Part shown: positions 9,121-17,936 of the stretch, piece by piece | Position numbering within the stretch: position 1 is the first letter of the stretch | How the letters are laid out: each line of letters opens with the position of its first letter | NCBI GenBank assembly: GCA_963787445.1 | Contig: CAWBCT010000011.1 | Span: 1 to 45,443, forward strand | From: an uncultured archaeon | GTDB taxonomy: Archaea > Micrarchaeota > Micrarchaeia > Micrarchaeales > CABMGC01 | Reading direction: 5' to 3' | DNA: 45,443 nt | Notes under the pieces: model-generated | The model's database searches: none | What the model was told of the DNA's origin: nothing | Seen by the model: the letters and a program-made list of their open reading frames with translations, nothing else | Translations under genes and position numbers: made by a program

Positions 9121-9156
9121 TTAGCCAAAGTTATATAAATATATATCTTTGACTAA
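9121..9156. promoter_or_regulatory. Inverted repeat overlapping the TATA box of the TA operon (probable operator)
   Basis: TTAGCCAAAGTTATATA-AA-TATATATCTTTGACTAA: 17-bp arms with 15/17 complementary, containing TTTATATA on the minus strand about 21-28 nt upstream of the ATG. Confidence 0.7.
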
Positions 9157-9167
9157 CTCAATCATTA

Positions 9168-9242
9168 CGGACACGGCGGGATTTGAACCCGCAACCCTCG
9201 GCTCCGGAAGCCGGCGCACTATCCAAGTTGTGCTACGTGTCC
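9168..9242 (-). tRNA. tRNA-Arg(CCG)
   Basis: Cloverleaf with GGACACG/CGTGTCC acceptor, GCAC/GTGC D stem, loop TTCCGGA and T loop TTCAAAT. CCA not encoded. C27:A43 mismatch. Confidence 0.95.
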
Positions 9243-9328
9243 AGAAAGGCACGTTTATATACTTTTCTTGCCATAAATTTAATACTTGTTACGTCTAGAT
9301 TGAGTCATCAAGTTTTAACGGTGTTCAT

Positions 9329-9745
9329 GTGTCAAATATATTAGAGGCTGAGAGCGGGAAGCTTATCGTGAAGACCGCCGAGAAGCTTAAGAGCTCCGAC
9401 ATCAAGAAGCCCGAGTATCTTGTCTACGCGAAGAGCGGAGCGGGCAAGGAGCGCGTCCCTCTCGACCCGGACTTCTGGTTCGTAAGGATGGCGTCCATAC
9501 TGAGGCAGACCTACATCAACGGCCCCATCGGGATTTCAAAGCTAAGGACCAGGTACGGGAACAGAAAGAGGCACGTCACCCACAGGCATCATCATCTTCC
9601 AGCAGGCGGCAGCGCCATCAAGGACGCCTTCGACGCGCTCGAGAAGCTCGGGTACGTAAAGAAGACAAAGGAAGGAAGAGTAATAACGGCAAAGGGCAGA
9701 TCCTTCCTGGACAAGACGGCCGGCGAAGTTCTGAAGGGTGCGTAA
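9329..9745 (+). CDS. rps19e: 30S ribosomal protein S19e
   Basis: KSGAGKERVP...WFVRMASILR, GPIGISKLRTRYG and EGRVITAKGRSFLD. Confidence 0.96.
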   Translation: MSNILEAESGKLIVKTAEKLKSSDIKKPEYLVYAKSGAGKERVPLDPDFWFVRMASILRQTYINGPIGISKLRTRYGNRKRHVTHRHHHLPAGGSAIKDAFDALEKLGYVKKTKEGRVITAKGRSFLDKTAGEVLKGA

Positions 9746-10058
9746 AGTGCCCGAAGGCTCTGAGCAGCAGGACCAGAACGACCGGGTAAGGAAGGAGTAT
9801 GCGCGGCGCGTCCAGGCTGCGCAGCTCGAACAGCAGAAGAGGGAGATTGCGCGCAGGCTGATGACGACAGAGGCGTATGAGAGGCTGATGAACGTCCGGA
9901 TAGCGAATCCGGAGGTGTACCACCAGCTCATCGGCGTAATCGTGCAGATGGCGCAGCAGAACCGCATCGCGGGAAAGCTCACGGAGGAACAGCTCAAGAG
10001 CATACTGGCAAAACTGACATTCAAACCGGAACCGACAATCGCATTCAAGCATAAATAA
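9738..10058 (+). CDS. PDCD5/TFAR19-family DNA-binding protein
   Basis: LMTTEAYERLMNVRIANPE and KLTEEQLKSIL, at the canonical position after rps19e. Confidence 0.9.
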   Translation: MRKVPEGSEQQDQNDRVRKEYARRVQAAQLEQQKREIARRLMTTEAYERLMNVRIANPEVYHQLIGVIVQMAQQNRIAGKLTEEQLKSILAKLTFKPEPTIAFKHK

Positions 10059-10074
10059 ATTATCAGGTCATAAA

Positions 10075-10236
10075 ATGGTAAAGAAGAGCGCAAAACTGAA
10101 GCTCATGCTGGGCAAGAAGATGAAGCAGAACAGGCGAATGCCGGTTCTTGCGGTGCTTCGCACGCACAGGCGCGTGCAGGCCAACCGACAGCAGCGCAGC
10201 TGGCGCAACAGGAAGATGAGGCTGAAGGCAGAGTGA
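10075..10236 (+). CDS. rpl39e: 50S ribosomal protein L39e
   Basis: 53 aa MVKKSAKLKLMLGKKMKQNRRMPVLAVLRTHRRVQANRQQRSWRNRKMRLKAE, translated manually. Lies between PDCD5 and L31e; not in the ORF track. Confidence 0.93.
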   Translation: MVKKSAKLKLMLGKKMKQNRRMPVLAVLRTHRRVQANRQQRSWRNRKMRLKAE

Positions 10237-10240
10237 TTGC

Positions 10241-10639
10241 ATGGCAGGAGTAGCACGCACAATACGATTAAGGAAGAAGCTGGTAAAGATACACACCACG
10301 AGGAGGCTGAAGAAGTCCGTGGACTACCTCCGGGAGGACATCGCCCGTCACGCAAAGGCGGACATCTCAACGGTCAAGTTCAGCAGCGACCTGAACGGCT
10401 ATCTCATGACCAAAGTCGCGATGAGGATGAGGCCAGTGAAGGTTATAGTTGAGAAGACTGCAGACCGAGTTAATGTTGATCTCGCTCCTGAGCTGAAGAG
10501 AAAGCCGAAGGCGGTGATCGCAAAGAAGGCTGTTGCTACATCAAAGGCCCAGGCTCCAGCGCCTGCCAAGGCCGAGCCTCAGAAGCAGAAGGCTGCTCCT
10601 AAGCAGAAGCCGGCACCTGCGCCAGAGAAGGTAGGTTAA
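10241..10639 (+). CDS. rpl31e: 50S ribosomal protein L31e with Lys/Ala/Pro-rich C-terminal extension
   Basis: TIRLRK...RRLKKSVDYLREDIARH...VKFSSDLN, with operon position between L39e and aIF6. Confidence 0.85.
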   Translation: MAGVARTIRLRKKLVKIHTTRRLKKSVDYLREDIARHAKADISTVKFSSDLNGYLMTKVAMRMRPVKVIVEKTADRVNVDLAPELKRKPKAVIAKKAVATSKAQAPAPAKAEPQKQKAAPKQKPAPAPEKVG

Positions 10640-10643
10640 CGCG

Positions 10644-11312
10644 ATGGGCGTTGCTAAGCTGAGCATTCTGGGGAATGCTTACATAGGCGCCTTCTCCATA
10701 GCCACGGATAAATTCATACTCCTAGCCAAGGGCGCGACCCACGGCGAGGAGGGCGTGCTTCACAAGAACCTTGATGTGCCGGTTGCGAGGACGACTGTGA
10801 GCGGTTCTGACCTGATTGGCATATACGCCAGGGCGAACAGCAGGGCGATACTTCTTCCTGAGATGCTCTACAGCGATGAGCTTCATTCCCTGAAGAAGCA
10901 GCTTCACGGCATCGAGATACACGTTCTCAAGATGGACCTCAACGCGCTGGGCAACAACATACTCGCGAACGACAAGTTTGCGGTGCTGAACCCCAACTTC
11001 GAGAGGAAAGAGGCCAAGGAGATCGGCGAGCTTCTGGACGTGGAGGTGCTGCAGATGGCCATAGGCGGCTATGAGACCGTGGGGGCCAACAACATACTCA
11101 CGAACAAGGGGATGGTGCTCAACAACAAGGTGGAGGATAGCGAGGTGGACAGGGTCAAGGAGAACATCTCGAACGTTTCCCAGTCCACTGCGAACACGGG
11201 TTCGCTGAGCATAGGACTATGCACGGTAGCCAACTCCAATGGCGTCGCGGTCGGAAAGACCACGACAGGCTACGAGATGGCAAGCATTATGGAGGGCCTG
11301 ATGCTCGAGTAA
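10644..11312 (+). CDS. eif6: Translation initiation factor 6 (aIF6)
   Basis: GNAYIG, ALGNNILANDK, VGANNILTNKG, VANSNG and TTGYEM. Confidence 0.96.
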   Translation: MGVAKLSILGNAYIGAFSIATDKFILLAKGATHGEEGVLHKNLDVPVARTTVSGSDLIGIYARANSRAILLPEMLYSDELHSLKKQLHGIEIHVLKMDLNALGNNILANDKFAVLNPNFERKEAKEIGELLDVEVLQMAIGGYETVGANNILTNKGMVLNNKVEDSEVDRVKENISNVSQSTANTGSLSIGLCTVANSNGVAVGKTTTGYEMASIMEGLMLE

Positions 11313-11408
11313 CTCTTTTTTCCGGGGTCGCTGGACTGGCGTGGTTGTATATAAGATTTAAATACCTTAAGCTTTCACAGGGTATCGTACCCATTAAAAG
11401 GCGACCAT

Positions 11409-11888
11409 GTGACTAATGCTTTAGCTTCAAGGCGCGTCCAAGTGAGCAAAGGCGTCCGCATCGCTATCGAGTCCTTTGAAACAGAGTACAGCATAGCTGT
11501 TGGAAAGACTGAGACAAGGATCCCGCGCGCGGGCACAGTCATAGAGAGCATTGAAAACATGGTCTTCAGGCCCTTTGTCAACGAGGGCGACTCACACAGG
11601 CTCAAAAGCACGGAGCAGGTGTTCCTTCTTGCGGTGATGCGCAAGCTGAAGGAGCACAAGCAACAGAAGTTCGAGAATCCGGACAGGAACATTAGGAAGG
11701 CCGCATTTGACGCCTACAGGGCTGGAGACCTCACCTGCGGCGACGAGGCATTGGGCATGGCAGGCCTGAACGGCAATTTTGAAAGCACCAGAACCCGGCT
11801 GCTCAAGGCTGCGGAAAGGGCAAACAGGATCAGGGCCTCGATGAACGGGAGCTGGGAGGTGCTTCAGGCCAGCAGAGTCGAGCTGTAG
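11409..11888 (+). CDS. Hypothetical protein
   Basis: 159-aa ORF with upstream TATA. No known motif. Confidence 0.6.
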   Translation: MTNALASRRVQVSKGVRIAIESFETEYSIAVGKTETRIPRAGTVIESIENMVFRPFVNEGDSHRLKSTEQVFLLAVMRKLKEHKQQKFENPDRNIRKAAFDAYRAGDLTCGDEALGMAGLNGNFESTRTRLLKAAERANRIRASMNGSWEVLQASRVEL

Positions 11889-11949
11889 CCCGGAACCCTA
11901 AAAGGTCTATATATCTGGAAAAACCACTCCTACCTGTGGTTTTACGGTA

Positions 11950-12432
11950 ATGTTTAGGACTCCCCGCAGCGATCGGGAGGACAGCCTGGAGCAGAGGATT
12001 GAGCAGTCGAAAACAGCGGTCAGGTCTTTGGTCAAGAGCTTCGGAGAGAGGATCGAGGAGCTGGGCAAGGGACGGAAGGAGCTTGAAGACGACAAGAAGC
12101 GCAGCCAGATAAACTTCCTTACGACCTGCAGCCAGCTTGAGATGTTTTCCAGATCCCTGTCTGAGACCAGCGAGGCTGTTTTTGAGAAAAACCCAACTGA
12201 AGCCGCCAACGCCATGAAAATGGTTTTTGGGGTTTATGATCACTATATCAAAAATACCAGTGATTTTGAACGGGTGCTTCCAGGGATTGCCGATTATGAT
12301 AATTTGCAGGCCCTGACTTCAAAATATCTGGAAGGCTGGAATACCATACTGGACAAGATGGGCGAGGCAAGCGAGACTACCAGAATGGATGCGCTAAGGG
12401 CCCTGCTCAGGAAGAAGAAGCTGGAAGAGTAG
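11950..12432 (+). CDS. Hypothetical helical/coiled-coil protein
   Basis: 160 aa, charged and helical, with promoter CTATATATCTGGAAAAA at 11907. Confidence 0.65.
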   Translation: MFRTPRSDREDSLEQRIEQSKTAVRSLVKSFGERIEELGKGRKELEDDKKRSQINFLTTCSQLEMFSRSLSETSEAVFEKNPTEAANAMKMVFGVYDHYIKNTSDFERVLPGIADYDNLQALTSKYLEGWNTILDKMGEASETTRMDALRALLRKKKLEE

Positions 12433-12451
12433 CGAACAGAGGGCGAGCGGC

Positions 12452-13645
12452 TCAGTTGTTCTGGATCATACTCCTTATTATGAAGTCGGGATCGTAGGGC
12501 ATCAGGTCACCGTAGCCTTCTCCCAGTCCGAAGTAAAGTATTGGGACGTCGGCCTCGCTTATTATCGAGAGGGTGTTTCCTCCCTTTGCATCGCAGTCCA
12601 TCTTCGTGAGTATAACGCCGTCTAGGCCCACGGCGGCGTTGAACTCCTTGACCTGGTTGAGCAGCGTGTTGCCTGAGATGCTCTCTCCGACAAAGATCTT
12701 CAGGTCCGGCTTTGCTATCCTCACCATCTTCTTGACCTCCTCCATCAGGCTTTTGTTGGTCTCCTGCCTTCCGGCGCTGTCTATCAGAACGATGTCTATC
12801 TTCTGCGCCTTGGCGTGCGCTATTGCGTCAAAGGCTATGCTTGCCGGATCGGCACCGTAGTTACCCTTTATTACGCCGATGCCCAGCCTTCCAGCGTGGA
12901 TCGTCGTCTGTTCAATAGCAGCAGCACGGAAGGTGTCGCTTGCCGACAGAACGCAGGTGAATCCGTTCTTGAGGAACAGGTGGGCCATCTTGGCCATGGT
13001 GGTTGTCTTGCCGGCACCGTTGGGCCCGATAAAGAGGATCTTGAAGGGCAACTCGTTGCTCTGCTTCTTCTGCCTTGCAACGGCAACAACGTCGATCGCA
13101 TTCTTCTTTTTGAGTATGGACAGTACGGCCGAGGTGAGCGCGTCTGTTATCTGCATGGAGATGTTCTTCGAGTTGATGGGCTTACCCACCAGATTTGCCC
13201 TTATCCCGTCAAGTATCTTCTCTGCGGCTTCATAATTCACATCGGACTGAAGAAGCTCAATCTTGAGCTCCTCCATGAAGGGTTCTATGTCATCGTCCTT
13301 CACGGTCACCTCGCGCATGAAGATGCTCTTTATCTTCGTGGTTGTAGTAACCTTTGGCTGCGGCTTGTGTTCCTCTCTCTCTTTTTGGGGCTGTTGGACT
13401 GGTTTAGGCATTATTTTTGGTGCCTCTTGTGGTTCAATCCTTTGGGTGACTGTTGGAACAGGCTCTGACATTTTCTTCGGTGCCGGTTCCGGTTTTCGCT
13501 CCATGGGTCTGGGTGTTGGCACTGGCTCTTTTGCTATTTCCTGGGCCTTTGGTTCAGCCTTAACCGCTTCCTCGACCTTCTCCTCTTCCTTCTTTGAGAG
13601 CCCGCTTACAAAACTAGTGAATTTCTTCTTTAGTCCTTCAAACAT
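12452..13645 (-). CDS. ftsY: SRP receptor FtsY
   Basis: GPNGAGKTTT, DTFRAAA, DSAGRQ, TKMDCDAKGG and a Pro/Glu/Lys-rich N-terminal region. Confidence 0.97.
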   Translation of the reverse strand: MFEGLKKKFTSFVSGLSKKEEEKVEEAVKAEPKAQEIAKEPVPTPRPMERKPEPAPKKMSEPVPTVTQRIEPQEAPKIMPKPVQQPQKEREEHKPQPKVTTTTKIKSIFMREVTVKDDDIEPFMEELKIELLQSDVNYEAAEKILDGIRANLVGKPINSKNISMQITDALTSAVLSILKKKNAIDVVAVARQKKQSNELPFKILFIGPNGAGKTTTMAKMAHLFLKNGFTCVLSASDTFRAAAIEQTTIHAGRLGIGVIKGNYGADPASIAFDAIAHAKAQKIDIVLIDSAGRQETNKSLMEEVKKMVRIAKPDLKIFVGESISGNTLLNQVKEFNAAVGLDGVILTKMDCDAKGGNTLSIISEADVPILYFGLGEGYGDLMPYDPDFIIRSMIQNN

Positions 13646-13653
13646 GCGAAGAC

Positions 13654-14091
13654 CTACTGCTGCTGGGGCTGCATCGCTTCGAGCTTGTAGGCGATGCTCA
13701 TCAGCTCCTGCTGGAGCTTCTTCCTCTCTCCGTCAAGCTGCTTCAGGAGCTCCTGCTGCTTGCCCTGGAAGTCCTCGATGAACGCGCTCGAATCAGCGGC
13801 GCTCTTCTCCACGAGATACCCGCTTCCCACGTAGACTATCATCTTGCTCATCTTTCCAAGCTGTGCTTCGGTGTATATCCCAGCGCCTAGGCTCAGGAGG
13901 GTCTTCTTGCCCTCCACCTCGCCCGGGCTCTTCATGATCTCAAGGCTCTTCCGTATCCCGTCCAGCGAGACCGAGTAGGTGGCGATCTGGTCCTCTAGGA
14001 GCTGGTACTGCTGCGTGTAGGCGTTCTGCATGTACCTTAGCTGGGCGTAGGCCTCCTCCTTGGTCTGCTTTGCCGGGGCGTCTTCTGCCAT
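13654..14091 (-). CDS. pfdA: Prefoldin alpha subunit
   Basis: Coiled coil with LLSLGAGIY...IVYVGSGYLVEKS beta-hairpins, directly upstream of ftsY. Start MAEDAP at 14091. Confidence 0.92.
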   Translation of the reverse strand: MAEDAPAKQTKEEAYAQLRYMQNAYTQQYQLLEDQIATYSVSLDGIRKSLEIMKSPGEVEGKKTLLSLGAGIYTEAQLGKMSKMIVYVGSGYLVEKSAADSSAFIEDFQGKQQELLKQLDGERKKLQQELMSIAYKLEAMQPQQQ

Positions 14092-14197
14092 AATAATCAT
14101 CCATAATGGGCAGCCAAGACTTAAAACTGTTGCTGTGAAACGCAGAAGCTTATTAAGTTCTTTACATCGTATTTCTAACGTAGGAAGTGGTGAGCAG

Positions 14198-15097
14198 ATG
14201 AAGGTGCACAAGCAGGAGAACAAGACTTTTGTTTACATTCCGCTGGAGATGATCAAGGAGCTGGGCCTAAAGGAGGGCGATGATGTGGAATTCCTCAGGT
14301 ACAGCGACAAGGCGTACCTTGTTGCGAAGAAGGCGGAGCTTGCGAGCATGATAATGGGCAGCGCCAGGGCCGCGCCGCAAAAGGCCGAGTCCTACATGGC
14401 TCCGCCGGAGAGGGTAAAACCGATGGCGGTAAAAACTCCGAGCGTTTCCTACGAGGAGATCTCCGTCCTGAAGAAGATCGATACCCTCCGCTATCCCCAG
14501 AGAACTGCCGCCAACCTAAAGAAACTGCTTGACAAGAATGAGATTATCGTACTCAAGGGACTTATTGCAAGAAAACTGGTCAGCGTTATCCAGAAGGACA
14601 AGAGCGTACCCGCGCTTTACAGCATCTCCGCGAACGTCTACAATGATTTTCTAATGAGAAAGAAGCCAGGCACGACCGCTGCAACCCAGAAAGTTGCCCA
14701 GGCACCTGCACCGGCGCCATCACGATTTTCTGCTCCATCGAATCCCGCAGCTAACTCAGATGAGGTTGCAACACTCGACCAGCAGGGCTACCTTGTGGTA
14801 AACACGGAGAGCGAGGCCGCGCGCGTCTCCCTCCTGCTTGAGGACAGCATACGCCACGGCCTTGTCCTGGGCACCCGTTCATTCAACAAGAACCGCGAGT
14901 TCTTCATAGTCACGCGAAGGTTCCTTGACAAGCACATGTCCGTGGTATTCAAGCTTCTTCGAGAAGGCGACCAGAGGGCGCCCGCCATTGCTGAAGCCAT
15001 GAAGGTCGATGAGGACGGAGCCCGCGCCGTACTCTACATACTTGCGGAGAGCGGCGACGTGCGGGAGAAAAGAAAGGATCTTTTTGCTTTGGCCTGA
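14198..15097 (+). CDS. AbrB/MazE/SpoVT-domain protein with probable C-terminal wHTH
   Basis: VYIPLEMIKELGLKEGDDVEF AbrB motif. GGTGAG SD before ATG at 14198. C-terminal IAEAMKV...ARAVLYILAESGDV. Confidence 0.75.
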   Translation: MKVHKQENKTFVYIPLEMIKELGLKEGDDVEFLRYSDKAYLVAKKAELASMIMGSARAAPQKAESYMAPPERVKPMAVKTPSVSYEEISVLKKIDTLRYPQRTAANLKKLLDKNEIIVLKGLIARKLVSVIQKDKSVPALYSISANVYNDFLMRKKPGTTAATQKVAQAPAPAPSRFSAPSNPAANSDEVATLDQQGYLVVNTESEAARVSLLLEDSIRHGLVLGTRSFNKNREFFIVTRRFLDKHMSVVFKLLREGDQRAPAIAEAMKVDEDGARAVLYILAESGDVREKRKDLFALA

Positions 15098-15256
15098 TCA
15101 GGCCAGCGTCGCAAAGTGGTCAAGGAGTATAATGAATACCGCAAAGAGCAGCACAACCAGCAGCACTATCTTCGGGTTGAGCGGCGGGCCCTTCGATGGC
15201 GCGTCGTAAAAGCTCATCACGCCCGCCTGGGACTGCGGCGTTGAAATTTCTGCCAT
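15098..15256 (-). CDS. secG: Preprotein translocase subunit SecG/Sec61beta
   Basis: 52 aa MAEISTPQSQAGVMSFYDAPSKGPPLNPKIVLLVVLLFAVFIILLDHFATLA. AG.M.FYD...P followed by a single TM is the Sec61beta signature. Not in the ORF track. Confidence 0.88.
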   Translation of the reverse strand: MAEISTPQSQAGVMSFYDAPSKGPPLNPKIVLLVVLLFAVFIILLDHFATLA

Positions 15257-15329
15257 GATTATCATATCTACTGTTGCGAAAAGCTATAAAAAGCTGCGCC
15301 CAATTATATAAGCGTTCTAAGGTTTCGAA

Positions 15330-17042
15330 ATGCTGATCGGGTACATGATAACCGCTGCCACCATAGCAGCCTTCGCTTTTCTCGTCGTCTTCGGCGCGAT
15401 CGAGCTTACCGGGAGGGAGAAGGGCAAACATCCGCCCTACCTGACTCGAAACTCGCTGATCTGCCTTGCGGCGATACTCGTCTTCTTCACCCTCTTTGCC
15501 CTGCTTCTGGTGCATCCCGTCGAGCAGCTCTACTTTGACGAGAACATCTACCAGGGCATAGCCCTCAACATCCTCCACAGCGGCAACGCTTTGTGGTGCC
15601 AGTACGGGACAGGGAACCTCAACACCTGCTACATCAGCGAGCTTTACCACGACATGGTGGGCTACGACGTCTTCCTCGCGGCCGCCTTTGCCGTCTTCGG
15701 CTCCGCAGTGCAGGTGGCCTACGGACTTCAGTTGTTGGTGGGCATCCTCTCCATCACCTGCGTCTTCCTCCTGGCTGGAGAGCTCTCGAGGAAGGGCTCG
15801 GTGGCCGTGGCCTCCACCTTCATTTTTGCGCTTATCCCGCAGCTCTTCATCTGGTCCCGCACCCAGGCCGTGCCAGACCTGCCTTTCATGATGTTCACCG
15901 TGTTCGCGGCCTTCCTCTTCCTCCTTTTTCTGAGGAAGCCGGACACCAATCGGCTTGCCCTCTTCCTCTCGGCCGTCGTGCTTGCGGCATACACTAGGAC
16001 CGAGGGCCTGCTGCTCCTGCCCCTCTTTGCGTTCTTCTACTTTGTCTATGCCGAAGAGAAGGCCAGGAAGACCATCTCGAAAAGGGTAAAGCTGCTGAAG
16101 AGCGGGATCGACAATCCCAGGGCGATGGTAATTGGACTTGCCTTTGTGCTGATGATCCTGCCGCTCTTCTACTACTCCGTGCTCGAGATAAACACGGGCA
16201 GCTACGGCCAGAGCGGAAGCCAGTCGCTCTTCTCATTTTCAAACCTCAACCAGAACCTGCCGCCCAACACTCAGTTCATAGTCGGCCTGCTGAGCAACTA
16301 TCCGACGGTCTCAACCTACAACCTGCTGCCCCTCGCAGTTCTGGGGGTGCTAGCCCTGCTCCTGTACCAAAGGAGCAGCAGTAGGCGCTCGGCCCTGGCG
16401 CTCGCGGGCGCGCTCTTCCTCGCCTACTTCCTCTTCTACGGCTTCTTCTACGCCGGCTCAGCCGAGTATGGCGTGGACGTGAGGTTCATGCTGCAGGTGC
16501 TCCCGTTCCTGGCGATCCTTGGCGGGTTCGGGATCGGGGCTGCCGGTGAGATACTCGGTAACCTTCTGGGCAGGGTTAGGAAGAGGCATGCAAAAGTGAT
16601 AAAGGGGGTGGTCTACGCGGTGCTCCTCGCTGCGCTTGTTGCGGTGCCGTTTGCGTTCTACACGCCATCCATAACGCTGAGCCCGAATGCGATGCCCCAG
16701 GCCTCGTACCCGAACAACGCCACCGCGTTCTTCTACGCTAACTATAGCACGGTCCCGGCAAACTGTCTGGTCTTCACCTTCACCCCCGACCTGTGGTACC
16801 AGTACAACAGGAGCGCGGCCCAGATCGGCTACCTGACCGGGGCCAACCAGAGCCTCCGGCAGAGCTTCAGCAGCTACAGCTGCTTCGTGATAGACTACGG
16901 CTACTGGTGCACCGTGCCGCCCTACGAGAATACCCTGTGCAGCACGCTGACCTCCCAGTACAAGCTCTCCACCATCGCGTCTGAAAGCAACGGCCGCAGC
17001 TCGCAGTTCGCCTTCTACAAAATACTTAACTACTCTCCCTAG
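15330..17042 (+). CDS. GT-C fold membrane glycosyltransferase (ArnT/PMT, GT39-like)
   Basis: Polytopic membrane protein with FDENIY in the first loop, YTRTE, RFML and a glycosylated C-terminal domain. Confidence 0.8.
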   Translation: MLIGYMITAATIAAFAFLVVFGAIELTGREKGKHPPYLTRNSLICLAAILVFFTLFALLLVHPVEQLYFDENIYQGIALNILHSGNALWCQYGTGNLNTCYISELYHDMVGYDVFLAAAFAVFGSAVQVAYGLQLLVGILSITCVFLLAGELSRKGSVAVASTFIFALIPQLFIWSRTQAVPDLPFMMFTVFAAFLFLLFLRKPDTNRLALFLSAVVLAAYTRTEGLLLLPLFAFFYFVYAEEKARKTISKRVKLLKSGIDNPRAMVIGLAFVLMILPLFYYSVLEINTGSYGQSGSQSLFSFSNLNQNLPPNTQFIVGLLSNYPTVSTYNLLPLAVLGVLALLLYQRSSSRRSALALAGALFLAYFLFYGFFYAGSAEYGVDVRFMLQVLPFLAILGGFGIGAAGEILGNLLGRVRKRHAKVIKGVVYAVLLAALVAVPFAFYTPSITLSPNAMPQASYPNNATAFFYANYSTVPANCLVFTFTPDLWYQYNRSAAQIGYLTGANQSLRQSFSSYSCFVIDYGYWCTVPPYENTLCSTLTSQYKLSTIASESNGRSSQFAFYKILNYSP

Positions 17043-17850
17043 CCTTCTGATGTCTTCTCTTCCTGAGCTGGGCCCTGATGATAAGTACGACAAACAGGAT
17101 TACGATCAATACTGCGGCCAATGCAAAAAGATCGGACCTGGACAGCGAGATGCTGGAAGAACCCGCGCTGACCGATGCGGCATTTGCGAATTCGATGTCT
17201 TCCATGCCAGCATAGTGGATCCCGTCGTTTACGTATTGTGATTCTATGACACCGCTGGACGGCCCTGGTCCGGGATTGGAGAGCAGGAAGTGTACGTATT
17301 TTGTCTCCAGGGAGGGGACCGTCAGGTTGACCGAACGGGGCGAGAGGAAGATGAATCCCTGGGGCAATATCAGTGAGACCGAGGCATTGAACGTATAATT
17401 TCCAAAGTTGTACACCGATGCATTTATCTGGTACTGCCCGTTCGTGTTATTGAGCTGGTAGGACAGGACCGAGTTGGCCCTGGCGATCGGGCCGAAGTTC
17501 AGCAGGCATGGAAAGATCGCCGTGAATGTGGCAGGTCCCTGCTGGTAGGTCACCGGGATGTAGTCGACATAGCTTCCAAGCGCCGTGACATTTGTCAGGT
17601 TTAGACTAAACGTGTAATGCTGGCCGGGCCCGAGCGAATTTGCCGTGAATGCCGGCGGCTGGGAAGCCCCTGCAACTACCGGATTCATGCGAATTGTGTA
17701 GGCCGTGTCGTTTCCAATGTTTGAGATGTTGAAGGAGAGGTGGTTCTGAGAGGTCACGTTCTGGGTGCATGTCCCGATAAAGGTTACCGTTCCGGCACTC
17801 GCTATCCCGATAATGGATACCATTAGGACCAGCAAAAAGAGCCTTGACAT
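17026..17850 (-). CDS. Exported Ig-like/CARDB-type surface protein with C-terminal anchor
   Basis: Signal peptide, ISNIGNDTA and VYNFGN beta-sandwich motifs, many NxT/S sequons, C-terminal TM and basic tail. Confidence 0.7.
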   Translation of the reverse strand: MSRLFLLVLMVSIIGIASAGTVTFIGTCTQNVTSQNHLSFNISNIGNDTAYTIRMNPVVAGASQPPAFTANSLGPGQHYTFSLNLTNVTALGSYVDYIPVTYQQGPATFTAIFPCLLNFGPIARANSVLSYQLNNTNGQYQINASVYNFGNYTFNASVSLILPQGFIFLSPRSVNLTVPSLETKYVHFLLSNPGPGPSSGVIESQYVNDGIHYAGMEDIEFANAASVSAGSSSISLSRSDLFALAAVLIVILFVVLIIRAQLRKRRHQKARESS

Positions 17851-17936
17851 AGAATCACTAAGTAATTTAATTGAACTCTTATTAAACCTTCCGAATTATA
17901 AGCCTGTAGAGTTGTAATATACTGAAAAGGGAGACC

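Larger units (their letters stand above)
7791..9210. mobile_element. tRNA-Arg(CCG)-integrated islet carrying an AbiE-type toxin-antitoxin pair
   Basis: Flanked by a 43-bp direct repeat of the tRNA 3' half. Contains only two ORFs and no integrase. Confidence 0.8.

Noticed and set aside
15090-15105. 16-bp perfect palindrome TGGCCTGATCAGGCCA
   Set aside because: It arises because two convergent genes both end Leu-Ala-TGA and abut. There is no independent evidence of function.
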